The notes under the pieces are model-generated. The model did not search any database. It had not been told where the DNA came from and worked only from the letters and a program-made list of their open reading frames with translations. A stretch of DNA of 64,000 nt from an uncultured Acidobacteriota bacterium (GTDB lineage: Bacteria > Acidobacteriota > Blastocatellia > RBC074): assembly GCA_963796275.1 (NCBI GenBank), contig CAWCKY010000003.1, positions 576,001 to 640,000 of the forward strand. Reading direction: 5' to 3'. Position 1 is the first letter of the stretch; every line of letters starts with the position of its first letter. The translations under genes and the position numbers were made by a program. Shown piece after piece: positions 40,096-49,358 of the stretch.

Positions 40096-41184
40096 TCAAT
40101 ATTTAGTCTCAGGCTCTCCTTCGAATTTCTTGGGGTTGATCGGGCGATTGATCTCGAACTCGTTGAATGTCAGTTCTTCAATGATCTCATTATTTAATGT
40201 GGTTGTAATGCGATGAGGCAACAGCACGCGGGAGACCATTCTATACTCGGAGAACCTCATCTGCATTTCATAGGGCTGTGGAGGTGTAGTTCGCTCCTGC
40301 CTTTCCCGCTGCGCACGTTGTATCGTTTCCCGAAAAAATCTGGAATTGTAAAATCCGGGGGCCTCGATAATCACGGTCTTGTGGCGTATCGCGATATATT
40401 TCCAGGCGAGCGCCAGCGGTATATTCGATTTTGGGTCGAGCAGCAGAAACATTCGATTATTTTCCGGGTCTGTCACAACAATGGCATTCGCCTCGGCATC
40501 GAGAGAAGCTATCCGGCCCAAATAAGTGAATTGAAGTGGATAAGCGGGAAGAGCTGTTAAAAGCATGCCCAGGGAGAAGATAGACAATTGTTGCCGCGCT
40601 CCTCGCCGTTGCAACTCAGTGGTTTTTTCGAAATCATCGACATCGATCACCCTATTATCTCGGTGCGAGCTGATAGCCCGTAATGGCGGATTGCGCCAAG
40701 CTCGAGCGCCATTGACGACCTCAATAAAAGCGAAAGGGAAGCCTCTCAATCGTTCGCCGGATGTGCGCTTGCGGAACCGCTCAGGCAGCAGAAAATCCAG
40801 TTCGATTTTCCCTGATAAGACTTTCTCTTTCTCGACCACTTTCTTCGGCGATTGGATGCTGACGTATTTGAGCGGACGGCGCAGTTTGGCGGAGACCGAG
40901 AGGGTCTGTATGCTGTTTAGCGCATCTTCACCGCCAAGCGCTACCCGAGCCAGTTTGATCAACTCCCCCGCTCGCTCCACCTTCGCTCCGTCCGCGGCAG
41001 AAGGTGTTTTTTGGCTTGTTTCAGGTCCTTGCTGCCGATAAATGTTTCCGGCGTCGGTAACCTTCGAAACGTACAAAAGCGAAATCGAAAAAGGCAAAAA
41101 GAGACAGTAAAGGCAAAATTTATTTTGTCTCCTTTGACGGTTTTCCACTTTTCCGGTTCCGGTTTGCATTCTGTTATGAGGCAT
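40096..41184 (-). CDS. Exported hypothetical protein, possible LolA-like fold
   Basis: ALGGEDAL.SIQTL N-terminal motif and FSEYRMVSRVLLPH...INRPINPKKF C-terminus, similar to 55401-56222. Confidence 0.7.
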   Translation of the reverse strand: MPHNRMQTGTGKVENRQRRQNKFCLYCLFLPFSISLLYVSKVTDAGNIYRQQGPETSQKTPSAADGAKVERAGELIKLARVALGGEDALNSIQTLSVSAKLRRPLKYVSIQSPKKVVEKEKVLSGKIELDFLLPERFRKRTSGERLRGFPFAFIEVVNGARAWRNPPLRAISSHRDNRVIDVDDFEKTTELQRRGARQQLSIFSLGMLLTALPAYPLQFTYLGRIASLDAEANAIVVTDPENNRMFLLLDPKSNIPLALAWKYIAIRHKTVIIEAPGFYNSRFFRETIQRAQRERQERTTPPQPYEMQMRFSEYRMVSRVLLPHRITTTLNNEIIEELTFNEFEINRPINPKKFEGEPETKY

Positions 41185-41300
41185 AACTTAAATTGTTTGT
41201 ACTGAGTTCGATCATTCTGCCATGAAATTAAAAGAAGACTCCATATACCTGCTTCCTTTCATCTCATCGATTTATTAGGTAACATTCTACAGTAATATCG

Positions 41301-42158
41301 ATGAAAAATTCCGTTTTATCCAGACTCACAAAACGGCGCACCGAGCGTAGAAGATGGCGACAGACGTTTGCTGCGTTTTTAAAGGCCGCAATGATCGAGC
41401 CTCGCCGCGTCGAAGTCACCTATCAGCGCATTATAATTACAAAGCTTCCGCGGGCATTCGACGGGTTTCGCATCGTTCAGCTTTCCGACATTCATCATAG
41501 CCCATTTCTGGGAATAGAAGAGATCTCTGAAGCGGTACGTCGAGCGAATGAGTTGAAACCCGATCTGATCGCGCTCACCGGCGATTATGTATCACATTCG
41601 CGCGAATATATTGACGGTTGCGCTCAGGCGCTCGGAATGCTACGCGCCCAGCATGGCGTCTTCGCCGTCCTGGGCAACCACGACCATTGGACTGACGCCG
41701 AGAAGATGGCGGCCTCGCTGACGCGGCAGGGTATTCGAGTTTTGGTTAACGAGAATGTGCGCATCGGTGTGAATGGATCGTGCATTTGCCTTGCAGGCAT
41801 CGATGATTTGATCGCCGGGCGCTATGACCTGCCTCAGGCATTGAGAGGCACCAGCAGTACTGAATCTCGTATTTTATTGGCGCACAATCCAGCTATCATT
41901 CGCGAAGCCGCGCGCGCGGGCGTGGATCTGGTTCTTTCCGGTCATACGCACGGAGGTCAGATCAACTGGAGGCTGTTGATCGGCCGCGAAGACCGTAAAA
42001 CCGCCCGCTGGTTGCGCCGCCCAAGCCGCCGCCTGATGCGCGGCCACGCTCAGCTCGGTTCGACTCAACTTTACGTCAACCGCGGATTGGGTACCGTGGT
42101 TGTTCCGCTGCGATACGGCTGTGCACCGGAAATCACCGTGATCGAACTGACAGGCTGA
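41301..42158 (+). CDS. Calcineurin-like metallophosphoesterase (YkuE/YaeI-like)
   Basis: SDIH, TGDY, GNHD, AHNP, SGHTHGGQ, NRGLG. Confidence 0.93.
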   Translation: MKNSVLSRLTKRRTERRRWRQTFAAFLKAAMIEPRRVEVTYQRIIITKLPRAFDGFRIVQLSDIHHSPFLGIEEISEAVRRANELKPDLIALTGDYVSHSREYIDGCAQALGMLRAQHGVFAVLGNHDHWTDAEKMAASLTRQGIRVLVNENVRIGVNGSCICLAGIDDLIAGRYDLPQALRGTSSTESRILLAHNPAIIREAARAGVDLVLSGHTHGGQINWRLLIGREDRKTARWLRRPSRRLMRGHAQLGSTQLYVNRGLGTVVVPLRYGCAPEITVIELTG

Positions 42159-42285
42159 TTCATCCCCTATAACAAAATAAATAAAGTCATCGGTCGCCGG
42201 CGTCCGGGCCGAGATCGCATATCAAATCCAACGACGTTTAAGCGCCGACGCCCCGCTGTCAATAACGCGGGCAAGCAAAGATATG

Positions 42286-42615
42286 TCATGACTCGCTTCT
42301 CGGTCGCACCGATCCGCTGATTGGTTTACGGTTCGTCTCGCCTGTTTCGAGGACCGGTATCCCAGTATCCACTTCCGAGTGTGGCCGTGGAATGATGTGA
42401 GTAGAAACGACCTCACCTATCTTTGAGGCAGCCGCCGCTCCGGCTTCAACTGCAGCCTTCACCGCGCCTACTTCTCCGCGCACGATCGCTGTCACCAGAC
42501 CCGCATCGATCTTTTCATAACCGACCAGTCGAACATTCGCTGATTTAACCATTGCATCGGCCGCTTCAATCATCGTGACGAGGCCGCGGCATTCGATCAT
42601 TCCGAGTGCTTCCAT
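42286..42615 (-). CDS. BMC-H hexameric shell protein (EutM/PduA/CcmK family)
   Basis: [28 protein letters not shown]...[14 protein letters not shown]...HIIPRPH plus about 25 aa of C-terminal tail. Confidence 0.96.
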   Translation of the reverse strand: MEALGMIECRGLVTMIEAADAMVKSANVRLVGYEKIDAGLVTAIVRGEVGAVKAAVEAGAAAASKIGEVVSTHIIPRPHSEVDTGIPVLETGETNRKPISGSVRPRSES

Positions 42616-42876
42616 AATAATTTCTCCAATCCAGTTTATTTAGCCGGCCCTGATTCTAAATCAGAATAAATAACTTGTGGAGATGTAAAAACGAATCGGC
42701 AGAAATAACCCTACAGCCCTGGCGGCCAGATGCCCACGGTGGGAGATTCAAATTCTATGGTTCCGGCATTAATCCCGCAGGATATTTCCCCGTCACCTTA
42801 TGTGTCATGTTTCACCGGATAATTGCCACTCTTATCCGTAGCGATGATCGGTGAGCATATAGGCTCGCGATCAAGA

Positions 42877-42912
42877 TTGTCTGACACAAACATTACATTG
42901 TTAGTCAGACAA
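42877..42912. promoter_or_regulatory. Paired operator-like sites, GntR/FadR-type pattern, upstream of the BMC-H gene
   Basis: TTGTCTGACAC (42877-42887) and TAGTCAGACAA (42902-42912); each fits or nearly fits TNGT-N3-ACNA and together they form an inverted repeat. Confidence 0.5.
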
Positions 42913-43138
42913 GGCTCAGTGTGCCCGCGGGACGGCATGGGCGTTTTGAGTAACCGGATGTGCAGGGGCTAGGGGTGGCCGACTGCGTCCGGCTCTGTCA
43001 GGCGCTCCATCGCCGGCCCGAGGCGCGCTGTCGCAACAGCTCCATCTCGCCAAGATAAAATAACCAAGTTAAAATAAAAGACATCTTCTCCATTGCCTTG
43101 ATCAGATTCAACATAGGAAAGTGGCGTGGTCCATATTA

Positions 43139-43726
43139 TCACTTCATCTTTTTTTCGATACTTTTCGTGACATTACGTTCCAACCTGTCGCGAATACGTT
43201 TCGCGCGGCTGAACAAGGTATTTATCGAAATACCAAGCCTGGCTGCCAGAGCTTTACGGCTATCAATTTTGGCTTGTTTGTCTTCCTGGTAATATTCAAT
43301 GATCAATTCCCGATCCTCATACGAGAGATTGTTCAGGCATTCTCTCAAACTGATTAACCAAATATCGTCATCTTCAAGTTGGTTTGGTGGTGCAGCGAGG
43401 ACCGACAATTTCTCAATTTCGACTCGCCTGTTATCCGGATGCCTCAAATGTTCCTTAAAAACAAAGCGTGCAATCCCTAAGCAGAGGGCAAGGATATTTT
43501 TTTCGACCTTCTCGCCATCGTAAATCTTTCTTGCCACCCGGTTCAGCGTTTCATCTGCGAGCTGATCGGCAACAAGAGCTCCGCGCCATTCGAAAAATTT
43601 GATCAATTGCCGTCGTAACTCTTCATACCTCTCTCCTGCAATCTCGGGCTCAGGAGCCAGCTTGGCCAGAAATTTCGCGAAGGCTTCCGGCGTCAGATCC
43701 CTCTCTTTCCTGGACATTGTCTCCAT
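43139..43726 (-). CDS. ECF-type sigma-70 family factor
   Basis: YEELRRQLIKFF...DQLADETLNRV (region 2); CLNNLSYEDRELIIEYY...LAARLGISINTLFSRAKRIRDRL (region 4 HTH). Confidence 0.85.
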   Translation of the reverse strand: METMSRKERDLTPEAFAKFLAKLAPEPEIAGERYEELRRQLIKFFEWRGALVADQLADETLNRVARKIYDGEKVEKNILALCLGIARFVFKEHLRHPDNRRVEIEKLSVLAAPPNQLEDDDIWLISLRECLNNLSYEDRELIIEYYQEDKQAKIDSRKALAARLGISINTLFSRAKRIRDRLERNVTKSIEKKMK

Positions 43727-45188
43727 ATGTTTATGTAAATTTTCTGAGGTCAGATTTTATTTATTACGTCCGGATATAAGCCGAATAACTTCGACCGGCA
43801 GCGGGGGCTGAGTTTTCCGGACTCCGGACGTGATGGACTACTTGATGCCAGCATAGACATTTGAGCACTTGGAACGGGCTTCAATTGGTCATCTGTAGAC
43901 GGTCAATCTCCCCAGGCTTGTGACACGGCTGGTAAACCACGGAGCACACGTTCCTCGATCGACTCCTTGGTTGAAGCTGTCCCAAGTTCGTCTCACTTCA
44001 TTGCATAGAGATTGCACTAGCGGAAATAAGCGGATGAAGACTAGGAAATTCAAAGGGGCAATGAGCGTTCATGAATGTTCTCCTTTTCAATTAAGTGAGG
44101 TTCGACAGAATAGCCTTCGAATAAAGACAAATCAGACACGCCTCAAATACTTGACATTATGTTCTGTGATTACTTGTGTACGTGGGAGTATGTGATCGAT
44201 TGAATCGAAAAATCTCACATACTAATAGGTTGGCAGGGCAGAAGAACCAATATAATACTCACAAATTATTCTGTACAAGATCGATCGCTTTTCGAATCTC
44301 GGGGCCAAACAGAACAACTTTAACGTTGTAACATTGTTGTATACGGGGAAGCCCATTGTTTTGGATGTGAGGAAATATCAAACATATTCCATTGCCTATG
44401 CTTATGCGCCGTCTGAGAATGATGGGTTGTTGGTACTTACGTTCAAATTTTACCGAGATTGTGGTTCGAATAAACCTCATGGCAGTCCAATTGGCCTTCG
44501 GGAATGCTTCTATATCACAGGAGCGGCAGCCCCACGCACAAAATTTTCGAGGTTTGACTTTCGATATGGATAAACCGATCAACGAGAACTGACAGGCGAA
44601 TCAATCGATCAATTGCTTTTTGTGCCTATATGAGCCGGATAGTCTCACAGCCAGGGAAGCCGCCCGGCTCAAACCTGATTGTTATGCGGGTGCGTCTTGC
44701 TTTTTCTTTAATATCTAAAATATCTAAATCTCTACCTATGTTATTTCATATGGCCTCCCATACTTACAGAAAATATTTAAGTTTCAGCTACCAGTCATGT
44801 CATGTATTTATCGTTCACGGCCACTTATATCCGTAGCCAAGCTTGATCTGAGTGACGATTGCATTTCAGTGCATATAGACTGTGTCGTAGGAATTCCGCT
44901 GTTGCTACAAATCCTGTTCGATAGTTATTAATCGATCTATCCTATTTATGTTTATTCAGCAATGATAGATATTGCCGGGAGGTGTGTTTACGACATGAAA
45001 AAAGCTATTCAATGGCTATGCGGTATTGCTGTTCTGTTTATTTGTACCGCACTCGATTATTTAACGACCTCCACCCGCAGGCTTTTACGATTCATTACCC
45101 TCAAAACTTCATCTTGAACCGTGAGGTACGCGGGATCGACACTTCAGCATTCAGGTTGGTACTCAATCGATCGAAGTGCGCTTATAAT

Positions 45189-45427
45189 TGAAGCGTGTGC
45201 AGTTAAATTCCAACAGAATCAATAGTCTCGCATCTCAGCGCCGGAGGCGCGTAATGTCTAAGCTCACGATCCTAACCATAACCTGAGCTCCGGAGGAGCG
45301 AATGCCTACCTGGTGCTCCTCCGGAGCTCGTGAGACTTTGGTGATCGAATACTATAAACATCGCGCGCCGCTGGCGCTCAGGTCCGAAAATGCTGATTCC
45401 AATTAACTTTTATTTGCACAGTCTTCA
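45189..45427. mobile_element. Non-autonomous palindromic element (MITE/REPIN-like), copy 2
   Basis: Ends tgaagcgtgtgcagttaaa / ttttatttgcacagtcttca; flanks TATAAT (45183-45188) and TATAAC (45428-45433); four REP-like cores; the segment ctataaacatc.cgcgcc.ctggcgctcagg is shared with copy 1. Confidence 0.82.
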
Positions 45428-45553
45428 TATAACTAGTTACCTATAATTTCTACATGCTTCGACTATATGTATTACGATCACTTCCAGCGGTATTTGATGA
45501 TTCCCAAAAGTGACTAAATGTTATTTCAAATAAATCATATTGGAGGCATCGGA

Positions 45554-48500
45554 ATGATTCACCCATTCTCAAGCCCTACTCGAAATAAGTATATCTCACG
45601 AGCCTTCTTTTACGGATTTCTGCTCTCCATCAGCCTTCCGATCGTCCGGCCTCAGGCTTCACCCGAATCGATATCCTCAGTAAAAGCACAAGCGAAGACT
45701 GATGCTGGATTGGAAAACCACGTTCAGGCGGATCCGCAGACTATCCGGCTCGAACAAGGCAAGCAGATTGAACGAGAATTGGCTGGGGGGCAGTCTCATT
45801 CATTTCAGATGACCCTGAGCGCCGGTCAATATGTCAAATTGATGATCCATCAATGCGGCATCGATGTGGTAGTGCGGCTTTTTGGGCCGGATAGAAAGCA
45901 GTTCGCAGAGTTCGATTCTGAAATCAGGGCGCACGGAGAAGAGCACGTAGAATGGGTGGCGGAAGTCACGGGAAGTTACCGCCTCGATCTCCTGTCAAAT
46001 TTTAAGCAGGAGGCAGCCGGGCGTTATGGGATTCAGGTAACGGAATCGCGTGTCGCGACGGACAATGACCAGGTTTTACACGAAGCGCGTATTTTCTATA
46101 CGAAGTTCCTCTGCCTGTATCGTGCTGGCAAATATAATGAGGCATTCCCGTTAGCTAATCGCGTGCTGGCGACTCGTGAAAGGGTATTGGGGGCGGAGCA
46201 TTTCGACGTCGTTTGTTCTCTCAACAATCTCGCCATCCTCTATTTTGAAACAGGGAAATATGAGAAGGCCGAGGCTCTGTTTCGACGAGTAATAACCATC
46301 CGGGAGAAAACGCTAGGGCCAGAACATCCCGAAGTAGCTAAGGCTCTCAACAACATGGGCATCATCTATAAAGAAAGAGGAGACTATGCAAGATCCGAGA
46401 CATTCTTCGGGCGCGCGCTGGCCATCTTGAAGAAGGTATTAGGCGCACATCACCCCGGGGTCGCTCAGCTTCTGAACAACCAGGCCGAACTCTACCGGGA
46501 AAGAGGCGATTACGCGAAGGCGGAGCCGCTCTACGCGCAGGCGATAATCATCAAGGAGCGAGCATTGGGAGTAGAACATCCTGATGTCGCGGCGACGCTC
46601 AACACACTCGCCCTGCTTTACGAGGAAAGAGGGGACGACGCGAAAGCTGAGAAATATTACGAGCGAGCGCTGGCAATCCTTGAGAAGGTATTGGGTCCGG
46701 ATCACATAATGGTGGCCCGTACGCTAGGAAATCTGGCCAACCTCTATCGAGATGGAAGAGGCGACTATATAAAGGCGGATATGTTATACCGACGTGCACT
46801 GACTATGTTGGAGAAAACGCTGGGGCCGGATAGTATCGATGTCACGCGTATTCTCGGCAGTCTAGCAATCCTCTGCCGCAAGCGTGGTGATTACGCGAAG
46901 GCCGAATCGCTTTATGAACTTACAATAGCGTCCATGGAGAAAACGTTCGGGCCTGATCACTCGTTTACAGCCGATGTTCTCAAGGACAATGCCGTGCTTT
47001 ATGCCCTTAAGGGCGATACCGCTCACGCCGTAACGGAGTTGACTCGGGCCAATGCTATCGACGAACGCAACCTTTCGGTCTCGCTCGCAATCGGCTCAGA
47101 ACGTCAGAAACTTGCTTATCTCGATACTTTCTCCAAATGGACCGATATCACGCTCTCGCTTCACAGCCAGGCCGCGCTGCACTCTCCTCAGGCTCTCGAT
47201 TTGGCGTTCACGACCTTGCTCCGCCGGAAAGCGCGCGGTCTCGAGGCGATGACTGATACGATCTCCACTTTGCGTCGCCACGCCACACCAGAAAATCAAA
47301 TGCTTCTCGATCGATTGGCCGAAGCCCGCTCGCACCTGGCCGCCATCACACTCAAAGAGCAGGACGCAGCAAAACCCGATGTCTACCGGGCTCGTATCGA
47401 GCCAATCAGGGAAAAGGTTGAAGAGCTGGAAACGGAGCTCAGCTCGCGCAGCGCCGAGTTTCGCAACCAGGCGAAACCGGTCACGCTCTCCTCTGTTCAG
47501 TCTGCTCTCCCGGCGGGCAGCGTGTTAATCGAATTCGCTTGTTTCACTCCGAGAGATATGCAGACCGAAAAGGTCCTACCGCATCATTACCTCGCCTATC
47601 TACTTCCGGCGCAAGGTGAACCGAAATGGGTAGACCTGGCTGAAGCCGCACCGATCGATCGAGCGATAGATGCCTGGCGAAAGGCGTTGCGCAACCCGAA
47701 GCGGCTAGATGTTAAAAGGCTAGCGCGCGTAGTGGACGAGAAACTGATGCGGCCCATACGATCAATTCTGGGCGAATTGACGCACGACGCGCGCCACCTG
47801 ATGATTGCGCCCGACGGTTCGCTCAACCTTATTCCTTTCGCCGCTCTGGTCGATGAACGGGATCAATATCTGATAGATAGTTACTCCATCACCTATCTGA
47901 CCAGCGGACGCGATCTGTTGCGTCTTAAAACAACGGACCTGAGCAAAGGTGCGCCTCTGGTAATGGCCAATCCTGAATTCGGCGACCCTGCCACCATCGC
48001 CTTGGGACGCGGAGTTGAGAGCTCAGGAAAATCGCGCGTACCCATTCGAGCTGAGCTACAACTTGATCCTACACAGCTCTTTTTCCAACCACTGCCTGCC
48101 AGCAGGTATGAAGCCCTGGCGATCAAAGCCATACTTCCCCAGGCATCTGTGCTGCAGAAAGGGCAGGCAACAGAAACGGCGCTCAAACAGGCGAGGGGGC
48201 CGCGCATTCTCCACATCGCGACGCACGGGTTCTTCTACGATAATAAACGGGAATGCCAATCGCCAGAGGATGATCTTTCGCGCGCAGCTTCGCCGAGAAC
48301 TCGTGGAGTCGTTTCACCGCAGACAACTCACTACACGGTTCAGCTTGAGTCAAATGCATCGCTGGACCTCGCTCAAGAAACAGTGAAGCGGCTGAAGGCG
48401 CAGGGAATTGATGTATACATACTTAAAAGCAAAGTGAATGGCAAAAAAGATGTTTTCTTTCGTGTGCGTTCGGGAAAATTTTCAACTCAGGCCGAAGCTC

Positions 48501-49075
48501 GCGAGTACGGTGCATTTCTGCAGGGAAAGAGAGTCATCAGGGAGTTCTTCGTTGCGAACTATCTGCCATCAAGGATAGGTATGGGGGAACCTGCACCAGC
48601 GATTGCTGGTCTACGACTCAGCAAATTTGTGGCTCGGGTAAAAGACCCATTACTGCGTTCAGGGCTTGCGCTGGCTGGAGCAAACCAGGGCAAGAACGGA
48701 AATGATGACGGAGTGTTGACAGCGCTGGAAGCGGCATATCTGGACTTGTCGGGGACAAAACTGGTAGTGCTTTCGGCATGCAATAGCGGAGTGGGTGACG
48801 TGAAGAACGGAGAAGGAGTGCAGGGATTACGGCGAGCGCTCGTATTGGCCGGATCCGAGAGCCAGGTGATGAGCCTCTGGCCGGTTTCGGACGTAGCTGC
48901 GAAAGATCTGATGATCCCATATTACAGAGCGCTCCAGCAGGGAGAGGGTCGGAGCGAGGGACTTAGGCAAGTACAGTTGCGGATACTGCGGGAGCGCAAG
49001 GATTGGCAGCATCCGTTTTACTGGGCAGCGTTCATTCAGTCCGGGGAATGGGCAAATCTGGACGGTCGAAGGTAA
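45554..49075 (+). CDS. TPR-CHAT (caspase-like) protease with probable export signal and a SPOR domain inserted in the CHAT domain
   Basis: GGAGG RBS before ATG 45554; hydrophobic N-terminus; beta-rich PPC-like domain; about 7-8 LG.EHP.VA..LNNLA TPR repeats; APDGSLNLIPF, HIATHG, LSACNSG, SLWPVSD, HPFYWAAF; SPOR-like segment at 48332-48553. Confidence 0.92.
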   Translation: MIHPFSSPTRNKYISRAFFYGFLLSISLPIVRPQASPESISSVKAQAKTDAGLENHVQADPQTIRLEQGKQIERELAGGQSHSFQMTLSAGQYVKLMIHQCGIDVVVRLFGPDRKQFAEFDSEIRAHGEEHVEWVAEVTGSYRLDLLSNFKQEAAGRYGIQVTESRVATDNDQVLHEARIFYTKFLCLYRAGKYNEAFPLANRVLATRERVLGAEHFDVVCSLNNLAILYFETGKYEKAEALFRRVITIREKTLGPEHPEVAKALNNMGIIYKERGDYARSETFFGRALAILKKVLGAHHPGVAQLLNNQAELYRERGDYAKAEPLYAQAIIIKERALGVEHPDVAATLNTLALLYEERGDDAKAEKYYERALAILEKVLGPDHIMVARTLGNLANLYRDGRGDYIKADMLYRRALTMLEKTLGPDSIDVTRILGSLAILCRKRGDYAKAESLYELTIASMEKTFGPDHSFTADVLKDNAVLYALKGDTAHAVTELTRANAIDERNLSVSLAIGSERQKLAYLDTFSKWTDITLSLHSQAALHSPQALDLAFTTLLRRKARGLEAMTDTISTLRRHATPENQMLLDRLAEARSHLAAITLKEQDAAKPDVYRARIEPIREKVEELETELSSRSAEFRNQAKPVTLSSVQSALPAGSVLIEFACFTPRDMQTEKVLPHHYLAYLLPAQGEPKWVDLAEAAPIDRAIDAWRKALRNPKRLDVKRLARVVDEKLMRPIRSILGELTHDARHLMIAPDGSLNLIPFAALVDERDQYLIDSYSITYLTSGRDLLRLKTTDLSKGAPLVMANPEFGDPATIALGRGVESSGKSRVPIRAELQLDPTQLFFQPLPASRYEALAIKAILPQASVLQKGQATETALKQARGPRILHIATHGFFYDNKRECQSPEDDLSRAASPRTRGVVSPQTTHYTVQLESNASLDLAQETVKRLKAQGIDVYILKSKVNGKKDVFFRVRSGKFSTQAEAREYGAFLQGKRVIREFFVANYLPSRIGMGEPAPAIAGLRLSKFVARVKDPLLRSGLALAGANQGKNGNDDGVLTALEAAYLDLSGTKLVVLSACNSGVGDVKNGEGVQGLRRALVLAGSESQVMSLWPVSDVAAKDLMIPYYRALQQGEGRSEGLRQVQLRILRERKDWQHPFYWAAFIQSGEWANLDGRR

Positions 49076-49219
49076 ACATCTATTAAATGTTGGAATTTGT
49101 ATGGGGTGATGAGCGCTGGCCCTGTTCTGTTGCTGCGATTAGCGGAGAGGAATTTCGAAGGAAAGAAGAAAGTAGTAGAAAAGAATTTATGGTCTTTGAA
49201 AAAATAATTTTACGTTCCT

Positions 49220-49307
49220 CTTCCGCCGCGTAGAAGCAGGTTGAATAGCCCTGTGTTTTAACGGTTAAAACGCGGGGTTGGTTCACCTGGCCGCTACGCG
49301 GCGGAAG
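49220..49307. repeat. REP-like hairpin between convergent genes
   Basis: cttccgccgcgtag / ctacgcggcggaag perfect 14-bp ends; inner agccctgtgttttaac / gttaaaacgcggggtt. Confidence 0.8.
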
Positions 49308-49358
49308 CGGGATTGTTAGGTTATTTTTCAAAGACCATAACGTCTCTAGCCACCAGCT

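Noticed and set aside
43730-45180. Short ORFs of 60-107 aa in the sigma-CHAT spacer, and a 24-codon minus-strand ORF with an AGGAG RBS near 44072
   Set aside because: Mutually overlapping, atypical composition, no recognisable motifs; cannot be supported as genes.
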